DNA from: a virus
Taxonomy: Duplodnaviria > Caudoviricetes
DNA length: 64,000 nt
IMG/VR virus record: IMGVR_UViG_3300011445_000020
Location: 81 to 64,080 of that record
Reading direction: 5' to 3' (one strand)
A program made the position numbers and the translations under genes. The notes beneath the pieces are model-generated. The model was not told where the DNA came from, did not search any database, and was given only the letters and a program-made list of their open reading frames with translations. Of the stretch, positions 46,276-55,431 are shown one piece after another (the stretch's first letter is position 1; the number at the start of each line of letters is the position of its first letter).

Positions 46276-47102
46276 ATGTCAGCACCTCCACCCCACGTTT
46301 CCAGATACCCTTGTACCATGAGTTTCTGGATGTAATGCTCGTTAGGATGCTTACGCAACTTCGAAGTCGCGAAGGCACGTTCTGCACGAATAAACAACGT
46401 CTCAGCCTCTGCCGTAACCTGTTCGAGTGACCACTTCCCGCTCTTGATGGCGATCAGATCGTGTGCGTCAAAATCGCGGTACACATGGAGTCGTCCGCTC
46501 TCGAACGCTTCGCACGCCATCCGGAGAAGTCGAATCAGGTGAGAGGCATTCTTCACGTCGTAGCCGAACTTCTCTACGAGCGCCTTCCGCTTCTCGCCCA
46601 TGTACCCCTGATGCGCATGATGGGTCATCTTGTACATCTGGCCACGCGCGTAGCCGATAAACGCCGGGTACATCTGGTTCGATAGGAGTAGCTCACGGTT
46701 CACGAGCAGGTTTTTCAACGCTTCACTCTTCGGATTAACCCAGGAATGCTCACGCATAAGCCAGAGGGTGCCGACCACATTCGGATTCGACTTCCGGAGC
46801 ATGTGCAACCACTTCTGCCAATCGTAGAGGACGACGTCCCACTTTCCATGCTTATACTCTGCATGGTCCCAGTTCTTAAGCCCGAGCTTGAACTTTGGTG
46901 GGGGCGCGCAGACGACCATCAGATCGACATCATCGATGCCATACTTGTCAGTGGGCGGGATATACGTTCCGTGGCTGTGCGATCCGACGTGGAACACCCC
47001 AAGGACAGCTTCATCAAGATCGAAAGGGATCGCGTGTGCGATATCGGGCTTGACCTCGTTCCATATGTCCTGAACCACTTCGAGCCCCCAATCTTTGTTC
47101 AC
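46266..47102 (-). CDS. RlaP/YcgL-type Pol-beta nucleotidyltransferase
   Basis: GSHSHGT...DDVDL, NPNVV..LW, F.GYA..Q, GYDVKNASHLIRLLRM. Confidence 0.85.
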   Translation of the reverse strand: MNKDWGLEVVQDIWNEVKPDIAHAIPFDLDEAVLGVFHVGSHSHGTYIPPTDKYGIDDVDLMVVCAPPPKFKLGLKNWDHAEYKHGKWDVVLYDWQKWLHMLRKSNPNVVGTLWLMREHSWVNPKSEALKNLLVNRELLLSNQMYPAFIGYARGQMYKMTHHAHQGYMGEKRKALVEKFGYDVKNASHLIRLLRMACEAFESGRLHVYRDFDAHDLIAIKSGKWSLEQVTAEAETLFIRAERAFATSKLRKHPNEHYIQKLMVQGYLETWGGGADIGE

Positions 47103-47674
47103 TGCAATCCGCCAACCAGTTTGATTTCCTTACGGAGAACTTCTGCGCACGCGTGCGCGTCACGCAGAGCGTTATGTCCCTCGGTGCGGTCGAGCTTGAT
47201 GCCCCACAGCTTCACGAGATTGTCGAGTGAGGCAGAACCTCCCGGGAGCATAATCCGCTCGGCCTGCTCCAGGAGCAGCGCGCCTGTCACTGTGCAGAGT
47301 GAACGGAAGGAGAAGGTCTTGTTGAAGTCCTTTCCGGCCAACGTCCACAGGCGCTTCATGTAGGAGGTGTCGAACTGAGCGTTGTGCGCCACGATCCGAA
47401 TGTCCCGCCGCATGTCGTGCTTCTGGAACATCGCAGTAATCTCGTTCACAGCCTGAAGCGGGGTAACACCTTGCTCGCGCACAACCGAGAGGTCAAGACC
47501 GTTGACCCTCATAGCTTCATCCTCAACGACGATGTCCTCTTCCCTGATGAGCGTGTAGTACTCATCCTCGATCGCACCACCATTCCAGATGAGGACAGCG
47601 ACAGAGAGGAGTGCATGCTTGCTCACGTCGAGCCCGCCCGTTTCCACGTCCACGATTGCCAGCTTACGCTTCAT
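47099..47674 (-). CDS. DnaQ/DEDDh 3'-5' exonuclease
   Basis: VDVETGG, VAHNAQFD, HNALRDA. Confidence 0.9.
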   Translation of the reverse strand: MKRKLAIVDVETGGLDVSKHALLSVAVLIWNGGAIEDEYYTLIREEDIVVEDEAMRVNGLDLSVVREQGVTPLQAVNEITAMFQKHDMRRDIRIVAHNAQFDTSYMKRLWTLAGKDFNKTFSFRSLCTVTGALLLEQAERIMLPGGSASLDNLVKLWGIKLDRTEGHNALRDAHACAEVLRKEIKLVGGLQ

Positions 47675-47683
47675 GTATTCTCC

Positions 47684-48022
47684 TTAGCGCACGATCAGCA
47701 TGATGCGTGCTGCCGAGTAGTGGACCATCTGCTTCACGAACGTCGGGTCATCGTCGATCATGAATGGGATGTCGAGCCGATTGAGAATCTGTGCTTTCAC
47801 GTACCCGATCTCCTCCATCGTGTCACCCTCGCAGAGATGGACGCGCGTGCACCGAACGCCGAGGCGCTTGATCTTCTCCATCTTCGCGCTCTCGGTGTAC
47901 GTTCCTCCCGGGACGAAGCCCGTCAGAATGTGCACCTCATGTCCAGCGTCGAAGAGGACATTGGCGAGGTCTCTGATCTCCGGATGGTCGAGGGTGCCAT
48001 CCAGGTCGAAACCCCACTTCAC
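47684..48022 (-). CDS. Minimal HAD-superfamily phosphatase
   Basis: FDLDGTL, ILTG, K, MIDD. Confidence 0.75.
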   Translation of the reverse strand: MKWGFDLDGTLDHPEIRDLANVLFDAGHEVHILTGFVPGGTYTESAKMEKIKRLGVRCTRVHLCEGDTMEEIGYVKAQILNRLDIPFMIDDDPTFVKQMVHYSAARIMLIVR

Positions 48023-48423
48023 GGGACTCTCAGTGCGAGGGTACCCGAGACGCGCGAGATCATGTCGCAGTACGTCTGCGAATCGTCGAAGAAGAGCGTG
48101 ATCCCGCTCATCTCACAGTACGTACCCTTCCGCATCCCGAGGTCACGCAGAACGTAGTCGAGGTTCTTGTTCGGCCCCACGGGAAGCGCAATGATCACGT
48201 GAAGCGTAAGCCCAGGGACGAGTTCATAAGTGAATGGTTCCGCCTCAGTGGCGAGCCCCATACGCACGAGCTTGTTCATCTTCGCCTGACGGTTCTGCCA
48301 CTCCGCATCAGGGAATGCCCCCGACACGATGTGTACTTCCTGACCCTGCGCGAGGAAGTACTTAACCATTTCCAGAATCGCGGGGCGGTCAAGCGTTCCG
48401 TCGAGATCGACGCCAATCTTCAC
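48019..48423 (-). CDS. Minimal HAD-superfamily phosphatase (paralog)
   Basis: VDLDGTL, IVSG, K, FFDD. Confidence 0.75.
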   Translation of the reverse strand: MKIGVDLDGTLDRPAILEMVKYFLAQGQEVHIVSGAFPDAEWQNRQAKMNKLVRMGLATEAEPFTYELVPGLTLHVIIALPVGPNKNLDYVLRDLGMRKGTYCEMSGITLFFDDSQTYCDMISRVSGTLALRVP

Positions 48424-48902
48424 TCGGTGCCATCCTTTCCTGTCGCCAACATCTCAGCGAGACGATCGGCGCGTGCGCCAATCTGCTTCGCCCACGGGCT
48501 CGCCTTGATCGCTGCGGTGACGGGTGCCCAGTTGTCATCCACGAGAGCCTTCTTGATTGCCGGCGTGATAGTCGTCGAGGTCTTCATATGACCACCACGA
48601 TTGAACGCCATGTTGATGAGCGCCCTCCGACGGACCTTGCCTGGGGTACACATCAAATGATCGCAGGGGCAATCAAGACGCCCCACTGCTAGAGCACCGA
48701 ACACTTCAAGCACGAGCTTCTCAGCGTCCTCGACGTCGAGCGTGAGAAACGCTTCCGCCTCACGCATCGTGCACTCGGTCATCCGCTGCACTTTCCCAAG
48801 GAGGTGGCCGACCCCGATCGTCCAGTAACCATTCGTGTCCTGGTAAGCCTTCAGCCTCAGGCCTTCATCCCGGACAAGTTCAGCACGCAGCTTAGGACAA
48901 AT
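48420..48902 (-). CDS. Endolysin (GH24/T4-lysozyme family), probable non-canonical ATT start
   Basis: Frame extended by hand: LVRDEGLRLKAYQDTNGYWTIGVGH...ALINMAFN.G...SPWAKQ...RADRLA. Confidence 0.85.
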   Translation of the reverse strand: MCPKLRAELVRDEGLRLKAYQDTNGYWTIGVGHLLGKVQRMTECTMREAEAFLTLDVEDAEKLVLEVFGALAVGRLDCPCDHLMCTPGKVRRRALINMAFNRGGHMKTSTTITPAIKKALVDDNWAPVTAAIKASPWAKQIGARADRLAEMLATGKDGTE

Positions 48903-49230
48903 GGGTCACCTCCTGGTTCGAAGCCTCACGCTCACGGATGACCGCAGCATTCCGCTTCTCCAAAAGTTCCGCCTCGGCATTCGCAGTCGCAGTCTCCTGC
49001 TGCATCTTCGCATGCCGATCCTGGCGCTCGACGTCGATCTTAGAGAGCATCGTGACCTGGAATCCGAGTTCCGACCCGTCGTCGAGCGACTGCGCGAGCA
49101 AGCCCCCAACCAGCCCATTGAACAGCGACAACGCCGAAGTATTCGACGCCGAACGGTTGAACTTACCGTCCACGATCAGCGCGCCCTCGAACATACCGTT
49201 ATTCTTTCTCATTGCTACGTTGATCTGCAT
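48892..49230 (-). CDS. Hypothetical protein
   Basis: Operon position, codon bias. Confidence 0.55.
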   Translation of the reverse strand: MQINVAMRKNNGMFEGALIVDGKFNRSASNTSALSLFNGLVGGLLAQSLDDGSELGFQVTMLSKIDVERQDRHAKMQQETATANAEAELLEKRNAAVIREREASNQEVTHLS

Positions 49231-49579
49231 TTGCCTTCCTATCTACAGCTTCCACGATCTCTACGAGGAGAGACGTGTGCCGTTTATATCGGGTGGGGAG
49301 GATCGAACTGACGAACTGCTCGGGCGAAAGAACTTCTTCTGCCTCACGGATCAGATCAAACCGAACAACGAGCGCCTCTGTGAAGAGAGGCTCGAACTTC
49401 TTATACCACGGCGTCTGGTAGAGTCGGCGGCGTGCCGCCATGCGCCTTGTATGATGGAGCACGCAACGAGAGCCCATCACCGGAGAACACAGGCAGGTAA
49501 GCCGCCCACTCTGACAGATCAATGAACTTCGAACTGCACGTACGAATCGACGCTCTGGGTCGTCCCAAGGGTCCGACAC
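49199..49579 (-). CDS. Hypothetical zinc-binding protein
   Basis: C...C...C..HH. Confidence 0.4.
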   Translation of the reverse strand: MSDPWDDPERRFVRAVRSSLICQSGRLTCLCSPVMGSRCVLHHTRRMAARRRLYQTPWYKKFEPLFTEALVVRFDLIREAEEVLSPEQFVSSILPTRYKRHTSLLVEIVEAVDRKANADQRSNEKE

Positions 49580-49974
49580 AACTCCTCCTCCGTGTTGAGG
49601 ACCGCAGTCGCGAATCCGTACATCACGTCAAACCGATCAGGGTCCTTATCGAGCAGGATATAACCCTTCTTTCCCTGACCGATTATGTATCCAAACTCCA
49701 AGTGTCCACTCTTGCCTGCCGGGAGGAGTAGTACAGCCGCGTCACATCGGTCCAAGTGGGCTCGATCGTAAGAAAATACGTGTCTGGCGGCATGGCCGTC
49801 CAGAGCTTCAGTGAAGGTGTTCCCTCGGTCCCTCTCGTAATCCCGCCAATGGTCATCGGCGTTGGGTCCTGCTGCGAACCAGTCATCAAAAACCTCGTGA
49901 CCAAGCTTGCGTAGCCGAGCAGCGAGGGCGGGCACCTCTGGATTCCGGAGCGAACCTATCAAATACAGAGTCAC
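49519..49974 (-). CDS. Nucleoside 2-deoxyribosyltransferase-like protein
   Basis: LYLIGS...GHEVFD...D..HLDRCDA.VLLLPAGKSGHLE.GY. Confidence 0.75.
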   Translation of the reverse strand: MTLYLIGSLRNPEVPALAARLRKLGHEVFDDWFAAGPNADDHWRDYERDRGNTFTEALDGHAARHVFSYDRAHLDRCDAAVLLLPAGKSGHLEFGYIIGQGKKGYILLDKDPDRFDVMYGFATAVLNTEEELCRTLGTTQSVDSYVQFEVH

Positions 49975-50291
49975 TTTCTACCCCCAAAAGTTCGTTCGCG
50001 GTGGCAGTTTGCACAGAGGAGATGACACTTCTTGATCTCGGCTTCGAGAGTCTTCCAAGAAGCACCACGTTTCATCCCGATAGTAAACTTTTTCCTCCCT
50101 CTCACATGGTGAAAGTCAAGTACGTAAGGAGGATAGTTTCCACCACAATCCGTACACGGTTTCTTCTTCGCTGCGTCTAGTAGAGCGACATTCTTCAGGT
50201 ACCGTTTCTTCGCGATCGCAGCGATGCGCTTTGGATTCAGTTTTCTATACTTCCTCATGTATTCGCGTATGTATTTCTTTCTAACGGGCAT
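49971..50291 (-). CDS. HNH endonuclease
   Basis: PCTDCG...LDFHHV...EIKKCHLLCANCHRER. Confidence 0.8.
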   Translation of the reverse strand: MPVRKKYIREYMRKYRKLNPKRIAAIAKKRYLKNVALLDAAKKKPCTDCGGNYPPYVLDFHHVRGRKKFTIGMKRGASWKTLEAEIKKCHLLCANCHRERTFGGRK

Positions 50292-50733
50292 TCAGAGCGC
50301 TCTTACTCCGCACGTACTCCGCGCCGTTGATGTTGAAGAAGACCGCAGCCGCATGGTCTTCGTCACGATCGCCATCCATCCACGCGAGGAAGTGACGGAA
50401 CGCAGACTGCCGGAAGCGTTCGTACTCCTCTTCACCGGTCGCAAGCATCCAGTTACGCGGGGGATACTTGCCTGGGGAACCGTCGGGCTGGAGGCACGCA
50501 CGTGTCAAGTGTGTGGCCCACCGGTTAAACATCGGGCCGTCGATTGCGAGCGTGTAATCCACCTTGCCGGTGGCCGTATCACGCACCATCCCCGACCCGA
50601 AGAGCTTCCGCTCACCGCTGTCCTTAACCTGGAACTCCTCTTTGTCCATAGCTCGTAGCCCCTTTTTGAGACGTGCTATATTGATGCTGGCCAACAAGAG
50701 CGTCTCCATCTGTGTTTCATCAAGCCGCAACAC
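50281..50733 (-). CDS. dATP/dGTP diphosphohydrolase-domain protein (DUF5664-like)
   Basis: KDSGER..F.SG.VRD...GK, KY..RNW, SA.RH...W..G.RDEDHAAA..FN; start may be 50649. Confidence 0.75.
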   Translation of the reverse strand: MLRLDETQMETLLLASINIARLKKGLRAMDKEEFQVKDSGERKLFGSGMVRDTATGKVDYTLAIDGPMFNRWATHLTRACLQPDGSPGKYPPRNWMLATGEEEYERFRQSAFRHFLAWMDGDRDEDHAAAVFFNINGAEYVRSKSALNAR

Positions 50734-53194
50734 TCGGTTCCCATCCTTTCAGGTCACCCCACGAAGCACCGGCTTCCCCAATCTTCAGATCGACCGGGAT
50801 GTAGAAGCCCTTGCGTACGCAGTCGAAGCGGCGTTCCATGATCTTCTTCATCTCGACAGCAACCTCGTAGCGAACAGCCGAGGGCACGCAGACCAAGATC
50901 GAGTCGTGCACTGTCGTGACGAGACGCCCACCGTACTTGCGAGTAAGCTCTGCCACCGGCTTCAGCACGCACCAGATGATGTCTGCAACGGTGCTCTGCG
51001 GGATGAAGTCCACTGCGGCCGGAGCCCGTCCATCGTGGAAGTACCGGACGCGACCGAACGCGTTCTCGATCCATCCCTGCTTGTCACAGAGTTCCACCAG
51101 CAACTGCCTGTAGGCATTAGTCGCTGAGTAGTAACCCCAGATCGACTCTGACGTCGTGAGACAGATGTTCGGAGCAATGAACATGTGCTCCTGCTCCAGG
51201 ATCATCTCGGACTGCTTCGCCGGCCCCGCGAGGTACATCGAGGCGTACGTCACGTTCTTCGCGACCGGTCGTCCGATCCCAAAGCGTGATGCGTTGCGTC
51301 CGTGCATGTCACCCGAGAGAAGGTCAGTCAGCAACCGCATGTCGCCCGCCGCACCTGCGAGCACGAACAACTCGGCCGACTTGTAATCCGCCTCGACGAA
51401 TGACCAGTCATCCTGATCCGGCACGTACAGATTACGGACGTTGAACCTACCGATCGTGTCCTTCATCTGGTTCTGAATGTTCGGCTTGTAGCTCGACAGA
51501 CGGCCGGTCGCCGTATTGCCCTTATTGTCCATCTTCTTCCCACCTCGCTCGTCATCCTTCGACGCGGGCAGGTAGCTCGGGTGAACCCAGTTCTCTTCCC
51601 CGAGCATCACGGGCTGGACGTACGTCCCGAGCATCTTGCTCGTCTTCCTGATCTTCAACAGCAGGTCGAACGTACGCGGGGTAGCTCGCGGATCGCTCCG
51701 CCACGCGCCCGGATGCAGATCGGTGTCACGATTCAGATCGACAAACGATCGGCTCTTAACGAGGGCGAGTTCATCCACGCTCGTTCCGTCTTCCGTCGTC
51801 CGATTCACCGGCAGGCCCCACTCCTTGTATAGGAGCTTCGCGACCTGCTGGCTCGACGTCGCGCTCACGCTCGGGAACATCTGCGTCCACAGCTTGAGGT
51901 AACGGAACAGGCGGCGTTCCAAGTGTGCACACATGACGCGCGAGTAATCGCGCGCAATACGGAGCCCACCACGGGACATCTCCGAAAGCTCGGGGATCGT
52001 CGCCATGACGCCCGGACCAGGATGACCACCCTGACCCATGAAGAGATTCCAACAGCCAAGGTCCTTCATCACCCCGATCAAGCAGCGCGCAATCCAGACG
52101 GTTGCAAGCGAGTCCTTCGCGGCGTACCGACGCGGATCAGCCTCGACCATCAACCGCCAGTGTGTCGGGACCTTGTTACGCGAGGACGTCTTCCATGGAC
52201 CCATATCCAAGTAGAGCGACGCGACACGACCGAGCGCCTTGTGACAGTCCGGTTGGACAACCACCGCGCCGAACATCGTGTCGAACAGCTTCTTGTCGAT
52301 CACCTTCTCGCGATCGATCTTCACCCCATTCGCTACCAGCCGAGGGATGTCGAAGGGTGAGTTGTGGACCGCGAACAGGCGATCACTCTTGAACAGCTTC
52401 TCCACCCAGAGGCGTGCTCCTTCGGTCCATTCGAGGGCCGCCGTACGCGTGCCGTCGCTGAAGGAGACGAGGTCGATCACTTCATTGTCGATGCCATGCG
52501 TTTCGATGTCAATCGCGACAACCGAGTCCCACTCCTTCAGCGGAGGGAGGTCAGCAAGCTCACCGTAGTAGGTGAAGTCTTTGTCGATCTCGACGAGCCC
52601 ACCGTTTACGACGCGAGTCGCTCGTAGAACGTCCTGCTTGAAGACCGGCTTTACTGCGAACTGCTCGGTGCGGATGTGGTCGAGCGTGAACACGGGGATG
52701 ACAGTCCCCTTGAAGTTGCTCCCGAGAAGAGGCGGTCGTCCTTCCTTGACCCACTTCATCTTCGGGTCGCCCTTCTTCGCGCCCGTCGCCTTGCTGTTGT
52801 TCACGTAGGTACCGACTTGCTTCCACACTTCCGTCGGAACGTTACGGAAGAGGTTCTTACGGATCAGGTAGCCACGTGCGTCGAAGATGCCTTCATTGAT
52901 CCCTGTGAGGGCGAAGAACGTTTCGGTGCCCATCGGCAGTGCGACCTTCGGCGATGAACGCTTGATGTCCTGCTCGAAGCGCGGGCGGGCACTGCGTAGC
53001 TGCGCGACGGAAGCCTTACCTCCGGCATTAGCAGGCGGCTCGTCGATCATGAAAACAAGACGGACGTCCGTCTTCTTGATCCCACACGCGTGCAAGAGCC
53101 GCCAAAACCACGCCGTCATTCCTTCGCTAGGTTCGCTGACCATCACGAATAGGTACGGTGCGTCAGCACGACCTCGCGCGTTAGTCTCCTTCAT
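50720..53194 (-). CDS. polA: Family A DNA polymerase with 3'-5' exonuclease and N-terminal UDG-like domain
   Basis: IDIET, HN..FD, DTM, TATGRLSS..PNIQN, ADYKSAEL, R..AK...Y...Y, VHDS. Confidence 0.9.
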   Translation of the reverse strand: MKETNARGRADAPYLFVMVSEPSEGMTAWFWRLLHACGIKKTDVRLVFMIDEPPANAGGKASVAQLRSARPRFEQDIKRSSPKVALPMGTETFFALTGINEGIFDARGYLIRKNLFRNVPTEVWKQVGTYVNNSKATGAKKGDPKMKWVKEGRPPLLGSNFKGTVIPVFTLDHIRTEQFAVKPVFKQDVLRATRVVNGGLVEIDKDFTYYGELADLPPLKEWDSVVAIDIETHGIDNEVIDLVSFSDGTRTAALEWTEGARLWVEKLFKSDRLFAVHNSPFDIPRLVANGVKIDREKVIDKKLFDTMFGAVVVQPDCHKALGRVASLYLDMGPWKTSSRNKVPTHWRLMVEADPRRYAAKDSLATVWIARCLIGVMKDLGCWNLFMGQGGHPGPGVMATIPELSEMSRGGLRIARDYSRVMCAHLERRLFRYLKLWTQMFPSVSATSSQQVAKLLYKEWGLPVNRTTEDGTSVDELALVKSRSFVDLNRDTDLHPGAWRSDPRATPRTFDLLLKIRKTSKMLGTYVQPVMLGEENWVHPSYLPASKDDERGGKKMDNKGNTATGRLSSYKPNIQNQMKDTIGRFNVRNLYVPDQDDWSFVEADYKSAELFVLAGAAGDMRLLTDLLSGDMHGRNASRFGIGRPVAKNVTYASMYLAGPAKQSEMILEQEHMFIAPNICLTTSESIWGYYSATNAYRQLLVELCDKQGWIENAFGRVRYFHDGRAPAAVDFIPQSTVADIIWCVLKPVAELTRKYGGRLVTTVHDSILVCVPSAVRYEVAVEMKKIMERRFDCVRKGFYIPVDLKIGEAGASWGDLKGWEPSVAA

Positions 53195-53384
53195 GGGAAG
53201 TCGCCTCGTCACGTTCGAACCAGTAGAAATCAAACGACGCCCCCAAGAGAGCGATCGAGACGATGGCGTGTTCATGCGGGAAACACACGTTGACACTGAA
53301 GACGATGTGACCGAGTTCGTCTGGATCGAAACCCATGCCGATACCCAGATTACCCTTCTCCCACTGCTTGTACCAGTATTTCAT
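53181..53384 (-). CDS. Hypothetical protein
   Basis: Coupled, RBS. Confidence 0.5.
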   Translation of the reverse strand: MKYWYKQWEKGNLGIGMGFDPDELGHIVFSVNVCFPHEHAIVSIALLGASFDFYWFERDEATSHEGD

Positions 53385-53650
53385 GCTGTCCTCCGGCGCG
53401 TAACAAACGCGTCACCGACTGTGAACCCGCTGCGTTCCAGCTTTTGGGTCAACCGGTCGATGACACGCTCACGGCGCTCACCATGTGACTGCTTCAGAAG
53501 TTCTGTGATCCCTCGGAGGGCTCGACTCAGCGTCACAACGCAGAGTCCGCAGACGTTGGGCTTGAAGGTGAGGGTGTATTCGTCGGTGTCGTCGGTGGGT
53601 CGGGCTTCGGTGAGGCTCCGTCTGCACACTGTGCATCCCGTTTCTGGCAT
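53381..53650 (-). CDS. Zinc-binding hypothetical protein
   Basis: CTVC...CGLC; GGAG RBS. Confidence 0.55.
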   Translation of the reverse strand: MPETGCTVCRRSLTEARPTDDTDEYTLTFKPNVCGLCVVTLSRALRGITELLKQSHGERRERVIDRLTQKLERSGFTVGDAFVTRRRTA

Positions 53651-54159
53651 GTTGCGCTCCTATGCAGACGACCTCCCACCCCGGGAGTGGTGTTCAACCA
53701 CCACAGAAAGCGAGGTCCGGTGAACCATCTCCACTTTGACGCGACGTCAAGTAGAACTTCTTCGTCAGACAGGCGGTCCGCCCCTCGCAGCGAGTTGCAT
53801 GCGCTACACAGGGGACGGAATCCACCAGAGTTATCTGCGGGAACAATGTGGTCGAGCGTGAGACGCGGGTGCGCACCTGCTCCGTAACGACGTCCCAAGA
53901 ACCACGGCCAGTTCCTCTCCCGGTACGTGCGGAGAAGGTAGTTAGGAAGACCACAGATCGAACATCGAGTTCCCGGGTCGAGGAGGTTGAGCGCCCAGGC
54001 GAGCGCCTCTTCCTTGCTCAGACCGTGTTCATTGCGAAGATTACGTGCGATCCCTCTCGGGCTCGCGTTGTACATCCGCATCCATGCTTTCCGATCCCGT
54101 CTCGTTCCTCCCATCCAGGTCCTCCGCAGCCATCTGCGCGAAGTTGTCGAGTGCTTCAT
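53533..54159 (-). CDS. HNH endonuclease
   Basis: CSICG...LTLDHIVP...PLCSACNSLRG. Confidence 0.75.
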   Translation of the reverse strand: MKHSTTSRRWLRRTWMGGTRRDRKAWMRMYNASPRGIARNLRNEHGLSKEEALAWALNLLDPGTRCSICGLPNYLLRTYRERNWPWFLGRRYGAGAHPRLTLDHIVPADNSGGFRPLCSACNSLRGADRLSDEEVLLDVASKWRWFTGPRFLWWLNTTPGVGGRLHRSATCQKRDAQCADGASPKPDPPTTPTNTPSPSSPTSADSAL

Positions 54160-54751
54160 CCATCTGTTGTGTGATCATCGCGCGGGCAATTTCGACTGCG
54201 TAACGACGGAACTCAGCAACGTCCGGCTTCGGGATCGTGAACGACAGATCGTCAACGTAGACGACACCTTCGATCAGATCAATCCCCTGAACGTTACGGA
54301 AGTTCGGGATGCGTGGAGCCGGTGGTAGCGTAACAGGATTCACCGGAGTCGGACCGTACGCCCTCTGCGTCACATGCGCCACTGCCTCACGTGCGGTCAT
54401 CCGATCCATCGGCGGGTCCGGCACACGAGGATGCACGGGAGCACTCAACGCCATCACCTCTTCGAGGGACATACTGTCGTACAGACTCTGCGGACCTGAC
54501 CCAGGCTCGGGTGCATTCCCGAGACGCGGGTCCTGAATCCCGGCTGCACGAGCAAGCGCGTTGAGCCGTTCGTGTTCTTCTGGTGTTAGAGGTTCCTCTA
54601 CCGGCTGTGGCTCACGCATCGCGGCCGATCGCACGGCAGGCGGTGCTTCCCCGGTGTGTACGGGAAGGCCGTGGCCATGAGCAGCGTTGATGCGCGAGAG
54701 GGACTCCATCGCTTCGGTGAGAGGATTGCGTGGGTACTGGACCTCACCCAT
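54041..54751 (-). CDS. Pro-rich hypothetical protein
   Basis: TAATG coupling, codon bias. Confidence 0.55.
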   Translation of the reverse strand: MGEVQYPRNPLTEAMESLSRINAAHGHGLPVHTGEAPPAVRSAAMREPQPVEEPLTPEEHERLNALARAAGIQDPRLGNAPEPGSGPQSLYDSMSLEEVMALSAPVHPRVPDPPMDRMTAREAVAHVTQRAYGPTPVNPVTLPPAPRIPNFRNVQGIDLIEGVVYVDDLSFTIPKPDVAEFRRYAVEIARAMITQQMDEALDNFAQMAAEDLDGRNETGSESMDADVQREPERDRT

Positions 54752-55428
54752 TACTCTCCGTCCTCATCCCCTTCCTCGTCACCGTCGTCAGTGGTCTGAC
54801 TCTCGGGGAGGAAGGACTCGCCAGAGTCGCGCTTCTCCATGACAGCATTGCCCTCGTCGTCCTTCACAGCCTTGCCGGTCTTGAAATCCTTCTTCGGACC
54901 GAGCGTCTGCGTGACGTTGACGATGAGCGACTTGCTGACGAGCGGGCTCGCCGTACCGGGCTGACCCTTCTGCGGGAACATCTTATCGAGCAGCGAACCC
55001 TTGATCGAACCGCTCTGCGGCATGAAGCCGGTCGCCACGAGCAGCGTGGCAATCGCACCGAGGGAACGCTCGTTCATGATCTCATGACCCTCGGGGATGT
55101 CCTCACCCTGGTTCATGTAGAAGTGCGAGAAGACCTTCCGACCGTTGTTCTTCTTGCTCTGACGCAGCTTGAGGATGACGACGACGTCCATCAGGCCGCT
55201 CTTCGTGGTCGTCCGGTACGCCTGCTGCACCACCGCGCGCTCCGTCCACCGCGAGTACTCGACGCCGTTCTTGTCGGTGCTCACCGCAGCGTCGGCCGGG
55301 ACGATCAGCGGCTCCTGCTTGCCACCCTGGACCGCAGCCTGCGCAGCCTGGACCGCAGCCTTGTCCACGTCCTTGAAGTTCGGGGCGACCGGAGTCGCAC
55401 CCTTGGACTGCCCGTTGCTCTTCGCCAT
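54751..55428 (-). CDS. ssDNA-binding protein candidate (DUF669-like)
   Basis: TKSG..M, NGRKVF, acidic C-terminal tail; follows a Sak4-like ATPase. Confidence 0.6.
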   Translation of the reverse strand: MAKSNGQSKGATPVAPNFKDVDKAAVQAAQAAVQGGKQEPLIVPADAAVSTDKNGVEYSRWTERAVVQQAYRTTTKSGLMDVVVILKLRQSKKNNGRKVFSHFYMNQGEDIPEGHEIMNERSLGAIATLLVATGFMPQSGSIKGSLLDKMFPQKGQPGTASPLVSKSLIVNVTQTLGPKKDFKTGKAVKDDEGNAVMEKRDSGESFLPESQTTDDGDEEGDEDGE

Positions 55429-55431
55429 CTG

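Noticed and set aside
48906-49118. UGA readthrough fusing a 70-aa ORF to the endolysin via the UCA tRNA
   Set aside because: That ORF is an Arg/Ser-rich shadow frame of the real gene 48892-49230, and an RBS directly before the lysin explains initiation more simply
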